Assembly (NCBI GenBank): GCA_041481345.1
Contig: JBGPBQ010000001.1
Location: forward strand, 6,046-70,045
Reading direction: 5' to 3'
Length of the DNA: 64,000 bases
Origin: Anaerolineae bacterium
GTDB lineage: Bacteria > Chloroflexota > Anaerolineae > Anaerolineales > UBA4823
This document shows, piece by piece, positions 45,877 through 54,200 of the stretch (positions are counted from its first letter, which is position 1; each line of letters begins with the position of its first letter). Under the pieces are notes generated by a model. It worked only from the letters and a program-made list of their open reading frames with translations. It made no database searches and was not told the origin of the DNA. The translations under genes and the position numbers were made by a program.

Positions 45877-46374
45877 TTGCCCGCCTGGCTGTCTGACGCG
45901 ATTTTTGTAATCACCCTGATCCTCATGCTGGTGGGGTTGTTCGGGCTGGTCGTCCCCATCTTCCCGGGCATGATTGTCATTTGGCTGGCAGCCCTGGGTT
46001 ATGGGGTGGTCACCGGCTTCACAACCCTGGGCTGGGTGCTCATCGTGGTGCTCACCTTGCTGATGATCGCCGGAGCCACGATCGATAACGTCTTGATGGC
46101 TGCCAAGGCGCATGAGGAAGGCGCCTCCTGGTTATCGATTGTGATGGGGATGCTGGCAGGCATCCTGGGGACGATCTTCTTCCCCCCATTCGGCGGTCTC
46201 ATTGCCGCGCCATTGGTGGTGTGGCTGCTGGAATATCTGCGGCAGCGTGATGCGGGGAAAGCCCTGGCGAGCTTACGCGGCCTGGCGATCGGTTGGGGCG
46301 CATCGTTCGTGGTGCGCTTCATGCTCGGGCTGGCGATGATCGGCATCTGGCTGGTGTGGGCGATTAACCGGTGA
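45877..46374 (+). CDS. DUF456-like small membrane protein
   Basis: TTG start after 'aaggag'. It has 4-5 TM helices ('IFPGMIVIWLAALGYGVVTGF...'), as in the DUF456 family. Confidence 0.65.
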   Translation: MPAWLSDAIFVITLILMLVGLFGLVVPIFPGMIVIWLAALGYGVVTGFTTLGWVLIVVLTLLMIAGATIDNVLMAAKAHEEGASWLSIVMGMLAGILGTIFFPPFGGLIAAPLVVWLLEYLRQRDAGKALASLRGLAIGWGASFVVRFMLGLAMIGIWLVWAINR

Positions 46375-46390
46375 GGGAAAAGGAATTAGC

Positions 46391-46420
46391 CACAGATAAA
46401 CACAGATTAACACAGATAAT
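46391..46420 (+). repeat. 3 x 10-bp tandem repeat
   Basis: 'cacagataaa cacagattaa cacagataat'. Confidence 0.8.
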
Positions 46421-46435
46421 AAAAAACATATGTAA

Positions 46436-46498
46436 GGGCGAAGCATCCGTTGGTGGATAAAAATATTACCAACCTTTGAAGGACGAATGCTTCGCCCC
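46436..46498. repeat. long hairpin (GGGCGAAGCAT...ATGCTTCGCCC type)
   Basis: The arms 'gggcgaagcatccg' and 'cgaatgcttcgccc' carry one mismatch. An inner pairing 'ttggt...accaa' is also present. A partial arm copy 'gtgcttcgcccctac' lies at 46650-46664. Confidence 0.7.
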
Positions 46499-46508
46499 AA
46501 CAAGATAG

Positions 46509-46596
46509 ATAGGGGCGCAGGGGAGAAATTTGAACAAGTAATATTTGGAATCCCACCCCTCCGGTCAAATGTCTGACCGGACTGGTGCGCCTCTAC
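46509..46596 (+). repeat. REP-like palindromic element, copy 4 (with nested hairpin)
   Basis: The element reads 'ataggggcgcaggggagaaattt...ggaatcccacccct[ccggtcaaatgtctgaccgg]actggtgcgcctctac'. The architecture matches copy 1 at 29648-29735. Confidence 0.7.
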
Positions 46597-46671
46597 AACC
46601 ATTATGAAACATTCATGTCCGGGCGGCGCATGAGGGTGCTTATACCCTCGTGCTTCGCCCCTACGTATAAT

Positions 46672-47250
46672 TCATTCTGGCTTGTAAAACAGCATTCCCA
46701 CCCCCATCTTCTCCAACCCCTCGCTGGCCCAATACTCGATCAAGGCTGAGTTGTCATCCAAGGCCTCGAACAAAGCCGGGATGGCACGCTGATCGCCGAT
46801 CTTGGCCAGGGCACGCACGGCTTCAATGCGGGCGAGGTGCTCACCATGCTGCATGACATCGATAAGCTGCGGAACGACTGGGCTACCAATCGCCTCCAGC
46901 GCATCGCCTGCCAGGCGACGGGTAAGGGCATCCTCGTCTGATAGCCGTGCTATCAAGGCCGGAGCTGACTTCTCTGATGGATGAGTGCGCAGTGCCAGCC
47001 CAGCACACCAACGCACAGATTTATCTGGATCGGAAAGTGCGCTCACCAAGAGATCTGGCACGCGCTCATCATGGACTTCCGCCAGTGCCCGTACGGCCCA
47101 CCAGCGCACTTCCGCATTGGGGCTTGATAGGCGCTCCCGCAAAGGCTCGATAACCTCGGGTCCCCAGACAGCCAGGTGTGGCAAGGCTGCCTCCGCCCGC
47201 TGATCCTCCCCACAGCTCAGCTCATCCAGGATATCCGTGTAGCTTTCCAT
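46672..47250 (-). CDS. HEAT-repeat (PBS-lyase type) protein
   Basis: Repeated 'D.D..VR..A..AL' units ('NAEVRWWAVRALAEV', 'DKSVRWCAGLALR', 'DALTRRLAGDALEAIG', 'LARIEAVRALAKIGD'). Confidence 0.75.
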   Translation of the reverse strand: MESYTDILDELSCGEDQRAEAALPHLAVWGPEVIEPLRERLSSPNAEVRWWAVRALAEVHDERVPDLLVSALSDPDKSVRWCAGLALRTHPSEKSAPALIARLSDEDALTRRLAGDALEAIGSPVVPQLIDVMQHGEHLARIEAVRALAKIGDQRAIPALFEALDDNSALIEYWASEGLEKMGVGMLFYKPE

Positions 47251-47300
47251 GTTCTTACCAATAATATAGTAATTGCTTTGATCAGCGATGTGATGAATGG

Positions 47301-47519
47301 CTATTTATCGGGCGGGGGTACGGGTAAATCCTCCCGTTTGGTATTGATCCACTTGTCGCCTTCATCGATCAGCATCACCGGGATATCATCGCGGATCGGG
47401 TACTTACGGTCGCAATCGTGGCAGATCAGCCAGGATTCCTTGTAATAATCTAGCAGGCCTTCTTTTTCTCGCACGCAGTTTGGACAGCGTAAAATCTCAA
47501 GCAGCTCTTGATTGACCAT
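47301..47519 (-). CDS. Trm112-family small zinc-ribbon protein
   Basis: 'LLEILRCPNC...LICHDCDRKYPIRDDIPVMLIDE'. Confidence 0.7.
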   Translation of the reverse strand: MVNQELLEILRCPNCVREKEGLLDYYKESWLICHDCDRKYPIRDDIPVMLIDEGDKWINTKREDLPVPPPDK

Positions 47520-47646
47520 AATTCCTCCAATTCGTCCCTGTTAAACTCTGGTTCAGCCAGCTCCTGCAGATGGGTAAATGCACTGCCCGAAGCATTCACT
47601 GGGCTGAGAGATATCAATTCAAAGGAATATTCTACCTTAAAAATCA

Positions 47647-47740
47647 AAAGGCTCTCGCCGAAAATAACGGAGAGACCCAGGATACTATGACGTTGTCAAT
47701 GCGAGGCGCTTTTTGCCGAAGCGATCTCCAATTGGGAGAT
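47647..47740. repeat. second locus of the GTCAYYGCGAG hairpin-repeat family (right end followed by left end)
   Basis: The right end is 'ggctctcgccgaaaataacggagagacccaggatactatgac'. 'gtt' follows it. The left end is 'gtcaatgcgaggcgctttttgccgaagcgatctccaattgggagat'. It aligns to both ends of the 40481-40615 element. Confidence 0.65.
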
Positions 47741-47830
47741 TAATTCAATCAAAATTTGTCATGTAAATCGATAAATAATGTCCATTGGAGATTGCCACGC
47801 CAGAGCAACACTGGCTCGCAACAAAATGTT

Positions 47831-49726
47831 TTACGGGTTGGGGGTTGGCTCGGGGGTGGGCACTTCCGTCCCGGGTCCATACTGATACTTCGCCTGCCAG
47901 GGAAGGTAATGCGTCGCGAAGGTATCGTCTTGGATGATATTGCCGTCGCGGGTAACGGTGCGGGTCACGGACACATCCGCGCCAGCGACCGCCCAATCCA
48001 CCTGTTTGATCTCGTCCTTTTGCAGGTCGGGATTCTCTTCATACAGCGGAGGTGGCGGCTCTACGACGTTCTGTAATCCGCTGGTCTGCCAGTCCACAGT
48101 CCGCCCATCGGAAGTTGAATAAAACTTCCAGGTGAGTGAAGTTTTGGTCGGATAGGTCTCCATCAGCAGCCAATAGGGAGTGTCGTTGGTGAAGCGGAAG
48201 TCCACCTGGGGGGCGAATACGGTTGCATCCAGCCCGGCCAGGTTTTCATCGTGCCCACCGCTGGCGGTCTGTTCATAGTACTTAACCCGGTAGGCATGGA
48301 ACCAGCGCTGGTCAATCTGGTAGCCGCCAAAAAAGGCGGTGCGGAACAAGGTGGTGCTCACCTGGCACACCCCACCCCCCACGCCCTTGATGGTGCGGTC
48401 GCCGAAGATGATCAGGGCTTCAGCGTAGCCCGTATCCAGGCTCACGTCACCCAGTGTGTCCGCCATGGAGAAAGTCGCTCCGGGTGCGATCAGCAAGCCG
48501 TGGAAGCGGGAAGCCGCGGTGGAAATATTCTGAATGCGGGAAGCATCCGAGCCATAGAAATAGGAAGTGTATTCGCTGGTCAGCTCGGTGATCCCCAAGC
48601 TCGCGGCCGTGGCATCGTTGGTCACGGGCGGATTGGTGGTTTGCATCACCAGGTCCACATTGTGCTGACCGTTGAGCAGCTGCTGGTTGATCTGCGCCAG
48701 GCTTGAATCTATGTCCAGCGCCCGCCCGATGACCGCCGGTTGGATCACTTCCAGCTGGCGGGTATCGTCATTAAAAATAAAGCGGGCATTTTGCGGGTCA
48801 CGGCTCAAGGGTGGGGCAATATTCATCAGGAAAGTCCTGAGTGCATCCGGACTGAGACCCACCTGGTAACTCTCACCGTTGTCCGTCTTGACCCGGTTGA
48901 TGGTCAGCATCTGAACCAGCGCGGCCAGCTCGAACGACCACGGACCCGCATCCCCCGGTTCTGCATTGGGGATCCGTAGGGTAAGTGGCGCAGACAGGAT
49001 CCGACGTGCCAGATCTGCCTGGGCAGTTGCATCCAGGATCACCGGAGGCGTCTCATGCACCACCAGCGGAATAATACCATCCGTCATCGTCTTCAGCTGG
49101 GCGTCCAGGCTGGCGAGGGCACTGGGAACATCCAGGTTGCGCCCAACCTGCCCTGAATTGACCACTACCTCTACTCCACTGATCCCCAGGCTGGCTTCGA
49201 TTATCGGACGGTCAACCTTGTCAGCGATCCCCTGCAGGTATTGTTGGGCGACACGTTTATCAAAGACGAACCACGGCGCCAGCTCTGCCCCTGAGGACCA
49301 GGCGCGCCATTGGTCAGTCATACGGGCTGCCGGGCTGCCGGTCCTGCCCAGGTTGTACGCCGCCAGGGCGGTCGTCTGGGTATCCAGGGTCAAACCCAGC
49401 TCGGCAGGTTTAGCAGTCCACAGGTTAGTGCCTTCCTGGAAGACGATCTTCCCCCGTTGGGGGTAGTCCAGCTTTGTGGCAAGCAGCTCTGCGGCCTGCT
49501 CGGTGCTCATACCAGAAAGGTTTACCCCTCCCACCGCCACACCGGGGAAGATACGCCCATCGTAAATGTGGGCATAGATTCCAGGCAGCATTACAATCAG
49601 CAGCGCCAGCAGCCCGAAGCCAATGCAAAGAGCCAGGATTGCCTGGATAATTGGGCTAACTTTTAGGGGGTTCGCTTTAGCACGGACCATGCGTGGATGG
49701 GCTTGGGTGCCGGTGTTGGAAGTCAT
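47831..49726 (-). CDS. VanW-family protein with N-terminal TM anchor
   Basis: VanW core 'GGGVCQVSTTLFRTAFFGGYQIDQRWFHAYRVKYY', upstream peptidoglycan-binding-like repeats and a TM helix 'AILALCIGFGLLALLIVML'. Confidence 0.85.
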   Translation of the reverse strand: MTSNTGTQAHPRMVRAKANPLKVSPIIQAILALCIGFGLLALLIVMLPGIYAHIYDGRIFPGVAVGGVNLSGMSTEQAAELLATKLDYPQRGKIVFQEGTNLWTAKPAELGLTLDTQTTALAAYNLGRTGSPAARMTDQWRAWSSGAELAPWFVFDKRVAQQYLQGIADKVDRPIIEASLGISGVEVVVNSGQVGRNLDVPSALASLDAQLKTMTDGIIPLVVHETPPVILDATAQADLARRILSAPLTLRIPNAEPGDAGPWSFELAALVQMLTINRVKTDNGESYQVGLSPDALRTFLMNIAPPLSRDPQNARFIFNDDTRQLEVIQPAVIGRALDIDSSLAQINQQLLNGQHNVDLVMQTTNPPVTNDATAASLGITELTSEYTSYFYGSDASRIQNISTAASRFHGLLIAPGATFSMADTLGDVSLDTGYAEALIIFGDRTIKGVGGGVCQVSTTLFRTAFFGGYQIDQRWFHAYRVKYYEQTASGGHDENLAGLDATVFAPQVDFRFTNDTPYWLLMETYPTKTSLTWKFYSTSDGRTVDWQTSGLQNVVEPPPPLYEENPDLQKDEIKQVDWAVAGADVSVTRTVTRDGNIIQDDTFATHYLPWQAKYQYGPGTEVPTPEPTPNP

Positions 49727-49811
49727 AGGTCGATTTTACCAGAGAGTCTTGCATGCATAAGGGTTAATGAGACTATTTTGCTGAGAATTGGATGAGTATC
49801 TCCAGCCTTAT

Positions 49812-49839
49812 TTGGCGGGTATGCTTTTAGACGTATAAT
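49812..49839 (+). promoter_or_regulatory. candidate promoter of the PLP enzyme gene
   Basis: 'ttggcg' (49812-49817), a 16-nt spacer, then 'tataat' (49834-49839). Confidence 0.45.
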
Positions 49840-49877
49840 CACCTCATCCGGTTCCATAATCACAGGAGGAGCAATAT

Positions 49878-51110
49878 ATGTACCAATTTTCGCCCAACCA
49901 CAGCATCAGCACCCTGGTCACCCATATCGGGGAAGACGAAAACCCGCACCACGCCCATGTAACCCCGATCTACCAGACTTCCACGTTTAATTTTCCCGAC
50001 GTCGCCACTGGTGCGGGCATCGTCGCCCGCACCGCGCCGGGCTACTACTACACCCGTCTGGCCAACCCCAACCTTGACCAGCTGGCGCGCAAGATCGCCA
50101 CCCTGGAAGGGCTCGACTTGATCCGCCTCCATCCTGAAGCGGACCCTGGTGATCTGGTTGCCGGGCAGGTCTTCAGCTCGGGTATGGCCGCCATCACGGC
50201 GGTGCTGTTTTCGCTGCTCAAATCCGGTGATACCATCGTAGCCCAGGAGGCGGTTTACAGCGCAACGTTCACATTTCTGAAGGATATCGCACCCAACCTG
50301 GGTATGCAGGTCGTCTGGGTGCGTGACGTCAGCCTGGCGGGCTGGGAAGCGGCTTTTGCCGCTCATCCCAATGCAAAACTGGCTTACGCTGAGACCCCCG
50401 CCAACCCGACTCTGGCGGTAGTTGACTTGAAAGCCATGGCGGAGCTTGCCCACCAGCATGGCGCCTGGCTGGCGGTGGATAACACTTTCGCCACCCCCTA
50501 CTGCCAGCGTCCACTCAGCTTGGGAGCCGATATTGTGATGCACTCCACCACCAAGTTCTTATCGGGGCATGGTGCCCTCACCGGCGGTGTGGTCGTCAGC
50601 GCACACTCCGATTACGTTCATAAGACACTCTACACGTTCGTCAAGACATTGGGTGGCATCCCCAGCCCATTCGATAGCTGGCTGGCAAACCTGGGACTAA
50701 AAACCTTCGAGCTGCGCATGCAGCGTCACTGTGAGAACGCCTTGCAGGTCGCACAGTTCCTCGCCACCCATCCGGCAGTGGCTGAGGTGCATTACCCCGG
50801 TTTGGAGGCTGACCCCGGTCATAACATAGCCGCCCATCAAATGGCTGCTTACGGAGGCATGCTATCCTTCGAGCTCAAGGGCGGCATGCAGGCTGGGATC
50901 CGGTTAATGGAGCGGGTGCGGCTGGCAACACTGGCCGTATCCCTGGGGATGGTGGATACCTTGATAGAGCATCCCGCCAGCATGACCCATGGACCGGTGC
51001 CGCGTGAAGACCGCCTGAACCAGGGTATCACAGATGGATTGGTGCGCCTATCGGTGGGCATCGAGAACCTACCCGATATCCTGGCAGACCTGGAACAAGG
51101 GTTGATGTGA
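49878..51110 (+). CDS. Cys/Met-metabolism PLP enzyme (cystathionine gamma-synthase / methionine gamma-lyase / sulfhydrylase family)
   Basis: 'YTRLANPN', 'SSGMAAI', 'VDNTFATP' and 'HSTTKFLSGHG' (PLP Lys). Confidence 0.85.
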   Translation: MYQFSPNHSISTLVTHIGEDENPHHAHVTPIYQTSTFNFPDVATGAGIVARTAPGYYYTRLANPNLDQLARKIATLEGLDLIRLHPEADPGDLVAGQVFSSGMAAITAVLFSLLKSGDTIVAQEAVYSATFTFLKDIAPNLGMQVVWVRDVSLAGWEAAFAAHPNAKLAYAETPANPTLAVVDLKAMAELAHQHGAWLAVDNTFATPYCQRPLSLGADIVMHSTTKFLSGHGALTGGVVVSAHSDYVHKTLYTFVKTLGGIPSPFDSWLANLGLKTFELRMQRHCENALQVAQFLATHPAVAEVHYPGLEADPGHNIAAHQMAAYGGMLSFELKGGMQAGIRLMERVRLATLAVSLGMVDTLIEHPASMTHGPVPREDRLNQGITDGLVRLSVGIENLPDILADLEQGLM

Positions 51111-51203
51111 ACTAATTGCGGGTAAATAGCGTCTTAAAATGACGATGTTATAATCCAATTAGTTTTGGGAAGGTTCATCCCCTTCCGTAAAGGAGAGAAA
51201 CCT

Positions 51204-54200
51204 ATGCGCTCCTCCCATTCATCACCTGGACTGCGCCGTAAGCCATCCTTAGTCCTTAATTTAATTTCCACGCTCATCCTGGTCAGCCTGGTCTGGTCAC
51301 TGGCAGGCTGCAGCAAGGTCTCCCCAACGAATGCTGCACCCACCCCCACGAATCGAGCTGCACACCCCACCACCGCGCCCACGCAGGTGCCCCAGACCCA
51401 GCCGCCGGCGCTGGTGGAAACCGACCCTCTTCCGGGAGCTCAGATCGCCCTCAAAAACCCGATTAAATTTTATTTCAACCAGCCGATGCAGCGCCCTTCC
51501 GTTGAGGCGGCTCTTACCGGGCAGCCATCTCTTTCAGGCAGCTTCAGCTGGCAAGATGACTCAACAGTCACTTTCAACCCTGATAAAGCCCTGCTGCCCG
51601 GCACGTCCCAGGTGATCAACATCGGCACCAATGCCCAATCCGCCAAGGGGATGGCGCTTCTTCGTCCGATCAGCCTATCCTATTCCACCAGCCCAAACCT
51701 GACCCTGGTGCAAGGCCTGCCGGCGGCTGATAGCACCGATGTAGACCCCACTTCGGCAGTCGTGGCAGCTTTCAACCAGCCGGTCGTCCCGCTGGGTGCG
51801 AACCCTGCCAGCCTGCCAGCCGGGTTTACCCTGACGCCATCTGCACACGGGAAGGGTGAGTGGATCAATACCAGTACCTATATTTTCTATCCGAAACCGG
51901 CCCTGGCAGGTGGAGCTCATTACTATGTGAGAATCAACCCGGACCTAACCAGCACCAACGGTACACCGTTGGAATCCACACTCGGCTGGTCGTTCAGCAC
52001 CATCCTGCCGCGCCTGGTATCAACCCTACCAGCCGATAACACCATCAACGTGCGCCTGGATGCGAGCGTGCAGCTTAACTTCAGCTATTCCATGGATGCT
52101 AACAGCGTAGAAGCAAGTTTCTCCCTGCAAACCGGTGATGGAAATGCAGTCAGCGGGCAATCGGGTTGGAATGAAAATTTCACCACGTTTGCCTTCACGC
52201 CCACCTCTCTGTTGCAGCGAGATGCCTATTATTCCATCCTGTTGGGTAATCAGTTATACGCCCTGGGGGGCACGCCCCTGGGCGAGCAGACCGTTACGAC
52301 CTGGTATACCGTCTCCGATCTGGCGATCACCGGTAGCATACCAGCCGAAGGGGGGATCTGGAAAATTTATGATGGATTGGGGTTGTACTTAACCACCTAC
52401 ATAGACAGAGAGCGCATCGGGGATTACGTCACTTTTTCCCCCGCCGTCCCCGACATAGGCGGCTATCTGGATGAAGGACAGATGCTGTTTTTCTTCTACG
52501 GCCAGTTTGACCCGTCTACCGACTACACCCTCACTGTTTCGCCCGACCTGACCGATCTGTGGGGCAGCCGCCTGGGGAAGGCTTATACCCTCCATTTTCG
52601 CACCGCCCCGCTGGATGGTTCAGTGCAATTCCCCTACAACCCCGATTCCACTTTCCTCACCACTCAGGATAAGGGCGTGATGGCCCAGGTGACCAACCTG
52701 TCTGACATCCCGATCACATTGGGCAGCCTGACGATCGATGATCTGGTGAGAATGAACGGCACAAATGGCTTTGATTTCCGTCAAAGTTTCATCCCTGCAG
52801 ATGCCGAATCGTGGAGCTTCCACCCGGATGTGCCGCCTGACAAGTCCACCACTGTCACCATCCCAGTCTCTCCGGATGGGCAGCCGCGCTCACCCGGCTT
52901 GTATTTCATGCGCTTGAATTTACCGGATAATTCCGGCTATGTCACCTCGCTCATCCTCGCCATTAGCCGTTACCAGGCAACTCTAAAGCTCAGCCCGAGT
53001 GAAGCTTTCGTCTGGGCGGTCGACATGGACACAAACACACCGGCGGCTGGCCTGCCCGTCACAGTCTATGACCAGACGGGGAGTGTGCTGGCGACGGGGA
53101 CAACCGGTGTGGACGGAGTATTCCAGGGTTCTATCACTGCGTATCAGGATCCCAATAACGCCTCCTTTGTCATCCTGGGTAAGCCAGGTGAAAACAGCTT
53201 TGGTTTCACCATGAGTCTCTGGGATGATGGGATTAGTCCGTGGAATTTTAATATTTCCTCCCAATATTTCCCACCTAATATCCAGGGTTACCTCTACACC
53301 GACCGCCCGATCTACCGCCCCGGAGACACGGTCCATTTCCGCCTTGTCGCTCGAAAGCCATCCAATGGGCGTTATTCACTGCCTGACGCCAGCTCCTATC
53401 ACCTCGAAATTAATGGTCCCCAGGGAGAAACGATTGCCAGCTTTGATTTACCCCTCTCGGGGTTTGGCACTGGGCATGGTGAATACACCCTGCCCACCGA
53501 TAGCCTCCCCGGCGATTATTCGATCTTCGACCATGATTATTCGATTTATTTAGGATTCAAGGTGGCCGATTACCGTAAGCCGGAGATCAACCTTCAGGTG
53601 GCGTTCCAATCCACCGATGTGCTGAGTGGGACTGCCCTGACTGCCCAGGTCAGTGCGCGCTATTTCTTCGATGCCCCCGCTGGGAACCTGACAGTGCATT
53701 GGGCGCTTTACCGCCAGCCGGCTTATTTCAATATCCCCAATTACCAGGTGGGTCCGGTGGATACCAGCTGGCTGGATGTCTATTACTATAACTTTCCTGC
53801 CTATGGGCTGGGCGAACAAATATCCAGCGGGGATGTCAAGACGGATGCCAATGGTCTGGCTTCAGTGAACACACCCGCTCCGGCAAAATCTGGTCGCCAG
53901 CAGTACATCCTGGAAGTCACCATGACTGATGAAAGCGGTCAGCCGGTCAGTGGGCGCAGCTCCATCTATGTCAACCCTGCTTATTATTACATTGGGGTGC
54001 ACCCCGATGCCTGGTCTTACAAGGCAAAATCGAATGCGGGTTTCAGCGTCCAGGTGGCAGACTGGGAAGGCAACCCGGCTGGGGCGCACAACCTTTCCGC
54101 CAAGTTCCAGCGTGTGGTCTGGGTGCGCCACGACCCCACAGCCGACACGATGGGATATATGTTTCCCACGTTCGAGGCAGTCTACACCCCCATCGCCAGC

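Noticed and set aside
49860-50543. Minus-strand 227-aa ORF overlapping the 5' half of the PLP enzyme gene.
   Set aside because: The plus-strand gene has the PLP-Lys motif and a full-length family match. The minus-frame product is an Arg/Gly/His-rich shadow ORF.
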